Shown here one piece after another: positions 20,191 to 28,924 of a stretch of DNA of 64,000 nucleotides; positions within the stretch are counted from its first letter, which is position 1, and each line of letters opens with the position of its first letter. The translations under genes were made by a program, and so were the position numbers. The stretch spans positions 1-64,000 of the IMG/VR virus record IMGVR_UViG_3300025010_000004. One strand, given 5' to 3'. The notes under the pieces are model-generated. The model worked only from the letters and a program-made list of their open reading frames with translations, made no database searches and was not told the origin of the DNA. Origin of the DNA: a virus.

Positions 20191-20583
20191 TTAAAGTCCT
20201 TTTCTTCGCTGCTCCTCAAGGATAATACCTTTGGCAAGAATTAAGTAATTAATTACGTCGTCTATAGCGTCAAATACTCCCTCACCTTCTACGGCCAACT
20301 TGCCATGCTTAAGGTATGATTTGATACGCATAAACTTATCCTGGCTTCTTAGCAGTATTCCGAGCACAGGGTGAACCCCAAGGGAATTAGAGGCTTTGAA
20401 GTTATCAAAAACTCCGCCACCTGCTGTGTAGTCTTGATTTTTAGCTTTCATGACCTCTAACGTGGCTGCACAAGTTGCTCTATGCAACTCAATAAGTTCG
20501 TCCCTAGACATGTTATACTTAGGCCCTATGCCCTCTTTAGGTACAAATTCTATTTCTACTTCTTTTGCAACTTTCTTACTCAA
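20191..20583 (-). CDS. DUF1599 / nucleotide-modification-associated helical domain protein
   Basis: KNQDY...FDNF...GILLRSQDKFMRI...EGVFDAIDDVINY pattern. Confidence 0.65.
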   Translation of the reverse strand: MSKKVAKEVEIEFVPKEGIGPKYNMSRDELIELHRATCAATLEVMKAKNQDYTAGGGVFDNFKASNSLGVHPVLGILLRSQDKFMRIKSYLKHGKLAVEGEGVFDAIDDVINYLILAKGIILEEQRRKGL

Positions 20584-20585
20584 AG

Positions 20586-22088
20586 CTATACCTCCTTCTT
20601 AAACATCCATTCTCCAGACTCTTTGGCTTCTAGGATGGTTCCTTTATGTTTATATCCTACTTTGTTTAGCACGCTATATTTCCAAGATGAACGCCAACGC
20701 TTACGCTTCATTTGCAGGCTAGGCTCTATCCAAACATTAGGCCCGTACTTGTTAAAGTAGTAAGGCATGTTACTTTCACAAGACTTACAAATTCCCCTGT
20801 TAGCGTGGCTCCACCTAACGTCTCCACAAAGAGCGCACCCAAGTATTTCTATGTCAGTGCCTCTAAGTTTCCTTGTTCTCCAACCCTGAGCACCCCACAG
20901 CAAGCTCTTGCCTATGAAATACTCTTTCTCTCCTATTACTATGTAGTACATATCCATGAGCAGCCCTTTAATGATAGATAGGTTGCTTAAGATAGCATTT
21001 TCTTTTTCATCGAAAGAATAAATGCACTTTATTCTTTCTCCATTAAACCAAGCTATAAATCCCATAGGCTCGTCATTTTCTAACCAAATGGAATCTATTT
21101 TACATAAAGACACCCTACAAGTTACCCTAAATACTTTTCCGGTAGCTAAACTTTGCGCGTCTGAAATTAGAAGCTCTGATAGCTTCATACTTCCTACAAC
21201 CTTAATTAGAGCATCACGTAAATCATCTTCGTCTCGTATAACTACTATAGGTGACGAATCCACATTTATAGTAAGGTTGCGTTTGGTAAAGTTTAAAATG
21301 TTATAGACCCTAATAGGGTACGGTGTTTCTATTTCTTCCTTGGATAAATACTTATTGCATTCAGCCCAACTGTTGAAAAAATCAAACGGGTATATGTTAT
21401 GCCCATCACTTACACCAGCTATAGTGTATCTAGGGTTTATAGATATGCCCATATCAAGTTTTATTTCTTCTGTTAATTTTGCTGGTTTTAGCTCATAGTC
21501 GTCTCTGTATTTAACAGCACAATAATTAGGCTCTTTGCTGACCACACAGATTGTCGAAGCTCCTTCTGGTATAGCCCTTATAGCTACCGGGTAGCTTAAC
21601 TCTGAAAATGAAGTTTTAATGTACTCTATATCACCGTACACAATGTCTGAGGATATGTCGTCTATTGAAAGTAAGGTTTGAACTTCCAGCATCGGGAAAA
21701 TCTTTATCCAGTCTTTTGAAAGAACATCTAGAAAAAGATCTCTATGTGGCTTGTCACACGCAGAAATAAATCTAACTAGTGCAGCTTCTCTAGACCTAGT
21801 TATGTTTACGTCTTCGTACCTGCGTATTAGTTTTAGAAAAGAATCAAAAGTTGCATTATTTTCGTCTGCTACAGGAACGTAGTGGTATCTAGAAGGATCT
21901 ATTGATCTGAACTTAGAGTTCCACAAACAGAACCATGCAAAGAAGGATAGAAGCCAAAGCTCAGAGGCATTTAGTTCGCTTACTATATCCGTAAACGCTG
22001 ATTTTCTTGCAGGCATATACCTAACTTCGTGCATGACGGAGGTGACATACATAACTTTTGAAATGTCTGCGTCAGTTATTTTTATCAT
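20586..22088 (-). CDS. Degenerate ATP-dependent DNA ligase paralogue with C-terminal Zn-finger
   Basis: Collinear similarity by eye to 41475..42827; KxDG motif replaced by IPEG; CALC...CKSC at the C-terminus. Confidence 0.45.
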   Translation of the reverse strand: MIKITDADISKVMYVTSVMHEVRYMPARKSAFTDIVSELNASELWLLSFFAWFCLWNSKFRSIDPSRYHYVPVADENNATFDSFLKLIRRYEDVNITRSREAALVRFISACDKPHRDLFLDVLSKDWIKIFPMLEVQTLLSIDDISSDIVYGDIEYIKTSFSELSYPVAIRAIPEGASTICVVSKEPNYCAVKYRDDYELKPAKLTEEIKLDMGISINPRYTIAGVSDGHNIYPFDFFNSWAECNKYLSKEEIETPYPIRVYNILNFTKRNLTINVDSSPIVVIRDEDDLRDALIKVVGSMKLSELLISDAQSLATGKVFRVTCRVSLCKIDSIWLENDEPMGFIAWFNGERIKCIYSFDEKENAILSNLSIIKGLLMDMYYIVIGEKEYFIGKSLLWGAQGWRTRKLRGTDIEILGCALCGDVRWSHANRGICKSCESNMPYYFNKYGPNVWIEPSLQMKRKRWRSSWKYSVLNKVGYKHKGTILEAKESGEWMFKKEV

Positions 22089-22096
22089 GTTCCTCC

Positions 22097-23977
22097 TTAT
22101 AATATTCTAGATATTCCGTCTTCTTTAACAACTTCTATTGAACTATCAAAAACCACTTGGTTTACTAACGGAGTGTGGCTAATTGTGTATATGCATTTAC
22201 CCTTGTTTCTTAGGTAAGATAAAACTTCAAATAACCCCTCTTTTCCTTCGTCATCAAGGGCGCTAAATATTTCGTCAAGCACCAGCACATTGTAGCAAGC
22301 AGACCCCATTGCCTCTAGCATCTCAATAACAGAGAATAGGCAGGCCATTTTAATTCTTGCGCGTTCCCCGCCACTGTAGTTAGCGAACGGCATATTTTTA
22401 TCTGGGTCTACTACAGAAAACTCAATTTTTCCTTCCGCTGAAATATAGAAGGAGCACTTAATCTTGCCGTTAGTTATTATGGAGGAATACTTATCCATCG
22501 TAGCGTTAAGGGTTTGAAGAAACCTATTCATCTTATGAACTCTGTACCCGTTGCCGCCAAGTATCCTTGTCCAGTTATCTAGAAGATCAATTCTACTGTA
22601 CAATTCTGAAAGCTCTTTTTTAGCTACTTCTATTTTTTCTGAAATTTTAATGTTGTTGGCTATAGCGTCTTGGTTTATTTTTTTGTATGTCCTAGAGCGT
22701 GTGTTGTTTTCTCTTATATCCTTTAGTTTGTGTTCCAGCCTTTGCTTATAAAGCTGCTGTGCAAGTATCTTCTCACGCTGCTTAACTATTTCATTATTGA
22801 TTACTTCTTCGTCCTCTACTGTTGGAGGTATGAAGTTATCCGTCAGGCTTTTAAGAGCTTCTACTGACACACGTAGCTCATTATAGTTTTTCCATGCAGC
22901 TACCCTAGCTTCTGAGTTGTCTAATTGTAAGGCTAAGTCTGCGAGTTTACTATTGCATTCGTCTATGGTTTCTACCAACGAGGCTTTGCGCTGTTCGTAT
23001 TGCATAAGTGCGTCGTTGCTATTGACGCTCTGGCCGCACCTAGAACATACACTTTCAGGGGCTACCATGCCAGTTAACGATTCTCTAGCAACTTTACGAG
23101 TCAACTTGACCTCTGTACAAAGTTTGGTTATGCGTGCTAGCTCGTTTATGTCTAGTTGCTCAGTAGATGAATGTAGGTAGTCTAGTGCGGACAGCCTAAG
23201 GGTCTTAGTCTCTAAGTTGGCCTTATTTATACTATATTTAGCTAATTCGCCTTTCTTAGTCGCCAACACTTCTGCTTTTGCCCACACAGCATTGAACGCT
23301 TTATTTAGCCCGTCCAGTTCGTTAGAGGCTTCCACTATAGCTCTTTCTACAGGTTCTTCATCTAGCTCGTCTGGAATGTTGGGTATAATACTTGTAACGC
23401 TATCCTCTAGTGACGCTATAAGTATTTCCTTGTTCTTAATCTCAGCCTTTACTTGTTTATTTTTAGCTTTTACTTCCACCAGCATAGCGTCGAGTTCATC
23501 TAGCTTTAGTACCTTGTTTATAAACCCTTTCCTAGCTGTGTCTGTGGAATCTTCTACCAAGTCTAAAGTGCTATCTGTTGATTGGTAGGTCATGTTTGCA
23601 AATGTTTCGTATTGATCTTCTAGAATTTCTCTAATTAGCTCAAGATTTTGAGGAATAGTTTTCCTAGATATATTCTTACCGTCTACGTGTACACTTATAG
23701 TTCCAGTCTTACGAGAGTTTACTACAGTGTATTCTTGCTTTCCTTTGGTGAAAACTACCGTGATTACGTAGGGCTGTTTTGTAACTGTATTAGACACATC
23801 ATCAATCTTAGTGCCTTTAGGATTACGGTTAAACAGTCCTTGGGCTAGTGCTAAATAGATAGACGTTTTACTAGCTCCGTTTACCCCTCCTATACTGTGT
23901 ATCCCAGAATTGAAGTCGAACTCTAAGTAGGAGTAGGCAAAGCAGTTTTGAAGTATTATCTTTTTAAACACTATCAC
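22097..23977 (-). CDS. SbcC/Rad50-like recombination ATPase (T5 D13-like)
   Basis: GVNGASKT Walker A, coiled coil with CSRC Zn-hook, YSGGE signature, LVLDE. Confidence 0.9.
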   Translation of the reverse strand: MIVFKKIILQNCFAYSYLEFDFNSGIHSIGGVNGASKTSIYLALAQGLFNRNPKGTKIDDVSNTVTKQPYVITVVFTKGKQEYTVVNSRKTGTISVHVDGKNISRKTIPQNLELIREILEDQYETFANMTYQSTDSTLDLVEDSTDTARKGFINKVLKLDELDAMLVEVKAKNKQVKAEIKNKEILIASLEDSVTSIIPNIPDELDEEPVERAIVEASNELDGLNKAFNAVWAKAEVLATKKGELAKYSINKANLETKTLRLSALDYLHSSTEQLDINELARITKLCTEVKLTRKVARESLTGMVAPESVCSRCGQSVNSNDALMQYEQRKASLVETIDECNSKLADLALQLDNSEARVAAWKNYNELRVSVEALKSLTDNFIPPTVEDEEVINNEIVKQREKILAQQLYKQRLEHKLKDIRENNTRSRTYKKINQDAIANNIKISEKIEVAKKELSELYSRIDLLDNWTRILGGNGYRVHKMNRFLQTLNATMDKYSSIITNGKIKCSFYISAEGKIEFSVVDPDKNMPFANYSGGERARIKMACLFSVIEMLEAMGSACYNVLVLDEIFSALDDEGKEGLFEVLSYLRNKGKCIYTISHTPLVNQVVFDSSIEVVKEDGISRIL

Positions 23978-24942
23978 AATTCTCTCCTAAGCTCTGCCAT
24001 CATATCTGCTATTAGGCTGTCGGAATACCCTAGGCTTTTCATATAGCTTTGTAGATCATCCGGCGTATCCACAGCTTCTTCTGCTAATGATTCTTCAACT
24101 TTAACTTCTAGGTGTTTTTCCAGTTTGGGTATCTTGCACACCCTTACATTTTCCGGTATATCTTTTATAGCTCTTAGCTCTTCTGGGGTTCCTTCTACAT
24201 CAATTTTAAAGAAGTCCTTATACCCTTCAAAGCTCGCCAGATAAACATCATCTGCGTTACGTTTCCTATAAACTAGATGCGGGTAGTCCAGCGTCTTTCT
24301 TGTAGTCGTTATACCGCCATCAATTTCAATCTCTACGTAACCACATTCGGGCGCGTACTCAAACTCTTTGTTGACTGGGTTGTTAGTGTAGATGACATTT
24401 CCAAAGGCCATAGGCATATGTATATCTCCTAATACACATAGGTCATAGCCTTTAGTGAATTTTTTAAAATCTATTTCTTCCTTAATGTGCGGCGGCACTT
24501 CACATCTTGCATGAGATATCAGTATGTTTGTGCCTTCTGTAAAATTAGGCGTATAGTAGTGTATAGAATCATGGTTAACCAGATGAAAAGTTACTCCTAG
24601 AAATGTAGGACTTGTCCGGTAGAACACGTTATCGAACCTGTCCACCTCTAAGTAATCAATTATACTTTCGCCATCTTTTAATTTTTCATGATTCCCTGCT
24701 ACTAACAAAGTGGTTACGCCGGTCTTATTAAGCTCATGCATTAAATACATAAACAACCTTAACTCTTCTTTCTTGGGATCTATAGAGTCCAGCGTATCAC
24801 CGCATAAAGCTAGGATAGCACGTTTATCTACACAGTCAGATATAAGATTGTCTATAAACTCTTCGTACCTATCTATTTGCCACTGCTTAGGTACGTTTGG
24901 CACCATTTTAAGGTGTAAGTCTCCTACTGCTATAACTTTCAT
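23974..24942 (-). CDS. SbcD/Mre11-like nuclease (T5 D12-like)
   Basis: GDLH, GDTLD, GNHE, GDIH; coupled to SbcC. Confidence 0.88.
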   Translation of the reverse strand: MKVIAVGDLHLKMVPNVPKQWQIDRYEEFIDNLISDCVDKRAILALCGDTLDSIDPKKEELRLFMYLMHELNKTGVTTLLVAGNHEKLKDGESIIDYLEVDRFDNVFYRTSPTFLGVTFHLVNHDSIHYYTPNFTEGTNILISHARCEVPPHIKEEIDFKKFTKGYDLCVLGDIHMPMAFGNVIYTNNPVNKEFEYAPECGYVEIEIDGGITTTRKTLDYPHLVYRKRNADDVYLASFEGYKDFFKIDVEGTPEELRAIKDIPENVRVCKIPKLEKHLEVKVEESLAEEAVDTPDDLQSYMKSLGYSDSLIADMMAELRREL

Positions 24943-24954
24943 AATCCTCCTATG

Positions 24955-25048
24955 TGGAAGAGGGTGAGAGGATCGAACTCTCAGAGCGTGGTCTTAGCAC
25001 GCCCGGACTGATTAGCAATCAGCTTCCCTACCATTAGGCCAACCCTCC
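24955..25048 (-). tRNA. tRNA-Ser(GCT)
   Basis: Cloverleaf: GGAGGGT/ACCCTCT acceptor, anticodon arm GCTGA-TTGCTAA-TCAGT, long variable arm, GAGAG-TTCGATC-CTCTC, encoded CCA. Confidence 0.9.
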
Positions 25049-25055
25049 GCATTGA

Positions 25056-25385
25056 TTATCTAGAGTACATCCTACGAAAGTTCTCAACAGTAGTTGAAGC
25101 TTTAGTAACTACATCAGCCAGCACCTTCTTGCGATCTTCTACAAACGAAACAGCTTTTTCAGTCTTCTCGTTGTATTTAATCTCTGCCTTCATATACTCA
25201 GCGTAGGCATCTTCAATAGCTTTTGCAAACTTATCTACGTCCTTAGAAAGTGTAGTCTCTATGGACTCAATTTCTTTGCTTGCCATAGTAGCTGCGGCTT
25301 CAAATTTGTTAATGAACTTATCGAACCCTGCCACTGCTGATGCCAACTGCTGCTCCGGTGAAAATATCTTGAATTTGAAATTCAT
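25056..25385 (-). CDS. Hypothetical coiled-coil protein
   Basis: AGGAGG RBS; heptad-rich 109-aa ORF. Confidence 0.6.
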   Translation of the reverse strand: MNFKFKIFSPEQQLASAVAGFDKFINKFEAAATMASKEIESIETTLSKDVDKFAKAIEDAYAEYMKAEIKYNEKTEKAVSFVEDRKKVLADVVTKASTTVENFRRMYSR

Positions 25386-25400
25386 AAATCCTCCTTTAAA

Positions 25401-25422
25401 GAGGGAGGCTTGCGCCTCCCTT
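25401..25422 (-). terminator. Hairpin/terminator downstream of SSB
   Basis: AGGGAGGC-GCAA-GCCTCCCT followed by CTTT on the minus strand. Confidence 0.55.
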
Positions 25423-25432
25423 AATTGCTAGG

Positions 25433-25448
25433 GTAGAACAAGTTCTAC
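25433..25448. promoter_or_regulatory. 16-bp palindrome site 3
   Basis: GTAGAACAAGTTCTAC, 1 nt after the SSB stop. Confidence 0.8.
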
Positions 25449-25449
25449 C

Positions 25450-26325
25450 TTACCATTCTACATCGTCAGCACCGCCGCCGTTGTCAACAACGATGGTAGT
25501 TTTTTCACCAGTTTGGGTGGACGAGCTATCAGGTTTAGCAGTAAGCTTCTTCTGCTGCTCATTTTTGAACTCCAGCAGTTGTTTGTTTACGCCGGTAACA
25601 AGCTGGAAGTTTTCTTTAAAAACTGCTGCAGGTACAGGCTCGCCTTTGTCAGACTTAAGACGATAGAACACGGTTGCTCCCTGCTCGTCTTCTTCCGTAC
25701 TGAACTTAGTAGTTACAGCAATAGTCGGAATGCCTTTAAGCCCTTCGTTGATGTAGTCCTGAAATGCTTTGTAGCTAGTGCCTTTGACATAGAACATTGC
25801 GATAGGGCAGTCAGTTCCATCAGGAAGTTTGGTTCCCGCCGGGAGGCGGAGGTAAACTACGTGCTGATTGATACAGCGATCTCCCTTTTCAAGCCCATCT
25901 TTCCTACGAGCACACGACTTGTCGTTACAAACAGACTTGTAGTTATAGCCGGTAGGTACTTCGCCGCGCTCGCAGATGATCTGGCTAGAACACCGCTTTT
26001 TGGGGTCTTCGGACCAGAAGGAATACTGAGTTCCGACTTTAAGGATAACACAGTTAAGTTTTTCGCCGAGGTCTGTTCCTGCGTGCTCAAGCACTTTTTT
26101 ACCATCGACGGTTTTGCTGGACTGGCCTAGAACGAAGTTGCCTTTAGGCACTTTGTTTCCGCTAAGGTCAGCACGTTCTTTGTAGTTGATTTTTACGATT
26201 GGAGTTTTAGTACCACCACCGTTGCCCTGTCCTGTAAGACGGGCGAGGTTTTCTTTTTCCTCGTCAGTAAGTAAGTCTAGAAGTTCTTGGTAAGCATCGG
26301 TTTCGGTGGGTTTGGTTTTAGCCAT
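25450..26325 (-). CDS. Single-stranded DNA-binding protein (T5 D11-like)
   Basis: Located upstream of SbcD/SbcC; acidic aromatic tail ADDVEW; own strong promoter. Confidence 0.65.
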   Translation of the reverse strand: MAKTKPTETDAYQELLDLLTDEEKENLARLTGQGNGGGTKTPIVKINYKERADLSGNKVPKGNFVLGQSSKTVDGKKVLEHAGTDLGEKLNCVILKVGTQYSFWSEDPKKRCSSQIICERGEVPTGYNYKSVCNDKSCARRKDGLEKGDRCINQHVVYLRLPAGTKLPDGTDCPIAMFYVKGTSYKAFQDYINEGLKGIPTIAVTTKFSTEEDEQGATVFYRLKSDKGEPVPAAVFKENFQLVTGVNKQLLEFKNEQQKKLTAKPDSSSTQTGEKTTIVVDNGGGADDVEW

Positions 26326-26354
26326 TGAGTAGTTCTCCTTCTTTTGAGTGTTGG

Positions 26355-26408
26355 TTAGAGTTGGTCGAATAGAGTGATTAGGAATGATATGAAATCGTAA
26401 TCTTTCAT
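26355..26408 (-). CDS. 17-aa peptide between the promoter and SSB
   Basis: AAGGAGGT RBS then MKDYDFISFLITLFDQL*. Confidence 0.35.
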   Translation of the reverse strand: MKDYDFISFLITLFDQL

Positions 26409-26438
26409 TACCACCTCCTTTCTTTAAAAGTGTCGCAT

Positions 26439-26467
26439 ATTATACCACACTTTTTGTGATTTGTCAA
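26439..26467 (-). promoter_or_regulatory. Consensus sigma70 promoter
   Basis: TTGACA-N17-TATAAT with TGTGG extended -10. Confidence 0.85.
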
Positions 26468-26476
26468 GCATTATTT

Positions 26477-26749
26477 TCACTTTTTGTTATCTTTATTTCT
26501 GTAGCCTTCTATTAATTTTTCCAGAACATCGTTAGCGTTAAGCCCGTCCAACACCATTACTGGGAACACTTTTCCATTAGCACCTAAGAGTTCCATCTTA
26601 TTGTACGTATGGTACTCCGGCTCAAAGTAGTTGGCAGGCTTAGACCCGCAATATTCCATAAACCTAATAGGGAAAGGTATGGTAAATCTGTCACCTTTCC
26701 ATTGCACAGGTATATCAAGTGTATCAGCAGCACCTCCTATGAATAACAT
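26477..26749 (-). CDS. Hypothetical protein
   Basis: GGAGG RBS; fits operon packing. Confidence 0.55.
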   Translation of the reverse strand: MLFIGGAADTLDIPVQWKGDRFTIPFPIRFMEYCGSKPANYFEPEYHTYNKMELLGANGKVFPVMVLDGLNANDVLEKLIEGYRNKDNKK

Positions 26750-26752
26750 ATA

Positions 26753-27715
26753 TTACCTCCCCCTAAAAGGTGCAGTCCACTCGTCGTAACTATTATATAT
26801 GTTGACCTTCCCTCTCTCGAATAACATCTCCTTAACTTTTTTGTCGTCCAATACAGGAGGCTCATCTATACGTGCTTTTATGTCTTCAAGCATGTTGATT
26901 CCTTCTCCCAATATTTTGTTGTATGTTTCTGCATCATGCAGCAAATTTACTAAAGGCACATTTCTATGCACTAGATGAAAATTTTCTTTAAGATTAGCCC
27001 TAGCCTTTTCAGAAAATCTAGGTATATCCAAATTGTCTACGTTCTTTTCTATTTCAGATATAGAGCCGTATTTTCTAATTAACTTAAGTGCCGTTCCAGG
27101 CCCCATACCTTCAGGTGAATATATGGAGTCACTAGTATCTCCGGCTAGCGCCTTATATTCAACAAACTGCTGTGGGGTTATCTGGTATACTTCTTTAAAC
27201 CTAGGCTCAGTGACCCACACATTCTGGGGAAGCTCTACGTCTAATAGCTTCATTTTAGGGCCATAAGCCCTCTGCATAACTCCTGGCCTAAGCAACTGAA
27301 ACAAGTCTGTATCAGAGCTTAAAATTGCAGCACGATAATTATCACCTTTGGTTGTAGCTAGATAGGAAATAATGTCGTCAGCCTCACATCCCCCAACACC
27401 AACAACTTCGAATCCAAACAAAGGAGCCAGTTTAATGAACTCGTCTACTTGCTTGAAGAACTTAGACAAGGCTTCCTTTTCGGCGGGTGTAGCAAGTTCT
27501 CTCCTAGCTCTCCTAGCTTCTTTGTATTGCGGGTACATAGCAAGCCTAAAGGCCGACTGGCCTCTATCACAGGCCAAGACTACCTTGTGTATCTTCCAAT
27601 CCCTAACTATGTTCTTAATGTCAGCAATGAACCTCCAAACAGGATCGCTTTCATTGCAGTGGTATAAATTGAACATTGAATTTAGGGTATCTAATAAAAG
27701 CACGTTTTTCGTCAC
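26753..27715 (-). CDS. 5'-3' exonuclease / flap endonuclease (T5 D15-like)
   Basis: LLLD, FRLAMYPQYK, EADDII, SSDTDLFQL, LAGDTSD, GMGPGTA H3TH motif. Confidence 0.92.
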   Translation of the reverse strand: MTKNVLLLDTLNSMFNLYHCNESDPVWRFIADIKNIVRDWKIHKVVLACDRGQSAFRLAMYPQYKEARRARRELATPAEKEALSKFFKQVDEFIKLAPLFGFEVVGVGGCEADDIISYLATTKGDNYRAAILSSDTDLFQLLRPGVMQRAYGPKMKLLDVELPQNVWVTEPRFKEVYQITPQQFVEYKALAGDTSDSIYSPEGMGPGTALKLIRKYGSISEIEKNVDNLDIPRFSEKARANLKENFHLVHRNVPLVNLLHDAETYNKILGEGINMLEDIKARIDEPPVLDDKKVKEMLFERGKVNIYNSYDEWTAPFRGR

Positions 27716-27939
27716 AGTACTTTAACTCCCTTCTCTGCTTGATCTTTAATGATCTTTTCCATACGTTTAGCACACTCTTCACAAAAGCAACTGTGTTCAC
27801 CGTGCTTAACCTTCCCTACGTGTCGATGTTTCTTATTATTCCATTTAATTTCCATAGTAGCTATAGTAAGCATAGTACCAGCGTAGTCTTCTGGAATAAG
27901 CTTTCTACATGCTACGCATGTTCTGCTGAGTGTGACCAT
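27712..27939 (-). CDS. Small Zn-finger protein
   Basis: CVAC...CEEC. Confidence 0.55.
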   Translation of the reverse strand: MVTLSRTCVACRKLIPEDYAGTMLTIATMEIKWNNKKHRHVGKVKHGEHSCFCEECAKRMEKIIKDQAEKGVKVL

Positions 27940-27947
27940 GTTAGCTC

Positions 27948-28514
27948 CTATATCAACTCGTAGAATCTTTCTAAAAATGCTTTTTCTGCATCAACCCGAC
28001 TAAGCCCTTTAATAGGATAGATTACAGGAATTTCGCCAGCAGCCTTATTAGGCTTTGTGACAAATGGCTTTATTCCTTCTGTGGATTCCCATTTCCTAGT
28101 ACAGTTATCAAGCAGCACCTGAGCCTTTTCAGTTACAAGCATTCGTAAATCTGCTAGTTTTATTTCTTCCATTATTTCTTTACTAGGCGTTGGTATTCTA
28201 AATTTCTCGTCTATAACGTTTCTTATTTTATGCTCTAGTTCACTAAACCCTTTTACTAGATGTTTAAAAGGCCTAGGCATATCGGGAAGGTATGCCTCTG
28301 CGCTATCATGCATTAGGGCGTAAATTTCTGCCTCTTTGGAAACGTTATAAGACATAATTATAGAATGCTCAGACACACTGTAGTGAAATTTAGTGTGTGC
28401 ATTGTACCTGCAAACGCCAGCTAGCGCATGGGCTATATCCCGTAAAGATATAGCCTCTGTGGTTAAATTATCAATATCAAATACTTTTCCAGAAAAAGTC
28501 TGTATCCAACTCAT
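27948..28514 (-). CDS. HD-family 5'-deoxynucleotidase-like protein (YfdR/YfbR type)
   Basis: WIQTFSG, DIAHAL..CRY, YSVSEHS, LMHDSAEAY. Confidence 0.85.
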   Translation of the reverse strand: MSWIQTFSGKVFDIDNLTTEAISLRDIAHALAGVCRYNAHTKFHYSVSEHSIIMSYNVSKEAEIYALMHDSAEAYLPDMPRPFKHLVKGFSELEHKIRNVIDEKFRIPTPSKEIMEEIKLADLRMLVTEKAQVLLDNCTRKWESTEGIKPFVTKPNKAAGEIPVIYPIKGLSRVDAEKAFLERFYELI

Positions 28515-28524
28515 AGTTACCTCC

Positions 28525-28821
28525 CTAAACTACCTTCAGGCTATGCCCGTTCTTAGCCCATGATTTTAAAACAGCTGACACTTTACGAGAGTATTCATGC
28601 GCCTCCTTCTCCGAAGGAGTATTTAAGTCTACGGCCATAAGCTCATCGTATAATGTTTCTACGTAACGAGCTAGGGCATAGTTCTCTAGCACAGTACCAG
28701 ACTCAAGATAGTAAACCGTGTCGCTTATACTGAGCCTGTTCAAACACAGAAAGAACAGATTACTCGAAACCCAACTCTTCGAGTCCGACCTTAGAAATCC
28801 CGACTTTTCGCTTTGGCTCAT
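28525..28821 (-). CDS. Hypothetical protein
   Basis: ORF fits operon packing. Confidence 0.5.
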   Translation of the reverse strand: MSQSEKSGFLRSDSKSWVSSNLFFLCLNRLSISDTVYYLESGTVLENYALARYVETLYDELMAVDLNTPSEKEAHEYSRKVSAVLKSWAKNGHSLKVV

Positions 28822-28924
28822 AGTCCTCGCACTCTCCTTCCTGGTCTATAGTGATAGTTGCTTTGTAGCATTCTCCGTCAGTGTTATGGATGCACTTCTC
28901 TCTGTCACAAATTATGTCTGTCAT
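28760..28924 (-). CDS. Small Cys-rich protein (54 aa), not in the ORF track
   Basis: ATGA-coupled to Pol; MTDIICDREKCIHNTDGECYKATITIDQEGECEDYE... Confidence 0.5.
   Translation of the reverse strand: MTDIICDREKCIHNTDGECYKATITIDQEGECEDYEPKRKVGISKVGLEELGFE

Noticed and set aside
27948-28514. DatZ / Z-genome (2-aminoadenine) pathway
   Set aside because: An HD nucleotidase is present but there is no PurZ in the window; not supportable here.
28808-28820. 13-mer GAGCCAAAGCGAA shared between element copy 1 and the 28.8 kb mRNA
   Set aside because: Same sense as the mRNA rather than antisense, and absent from copy 2; a single 13-mer match is plausible by chance.
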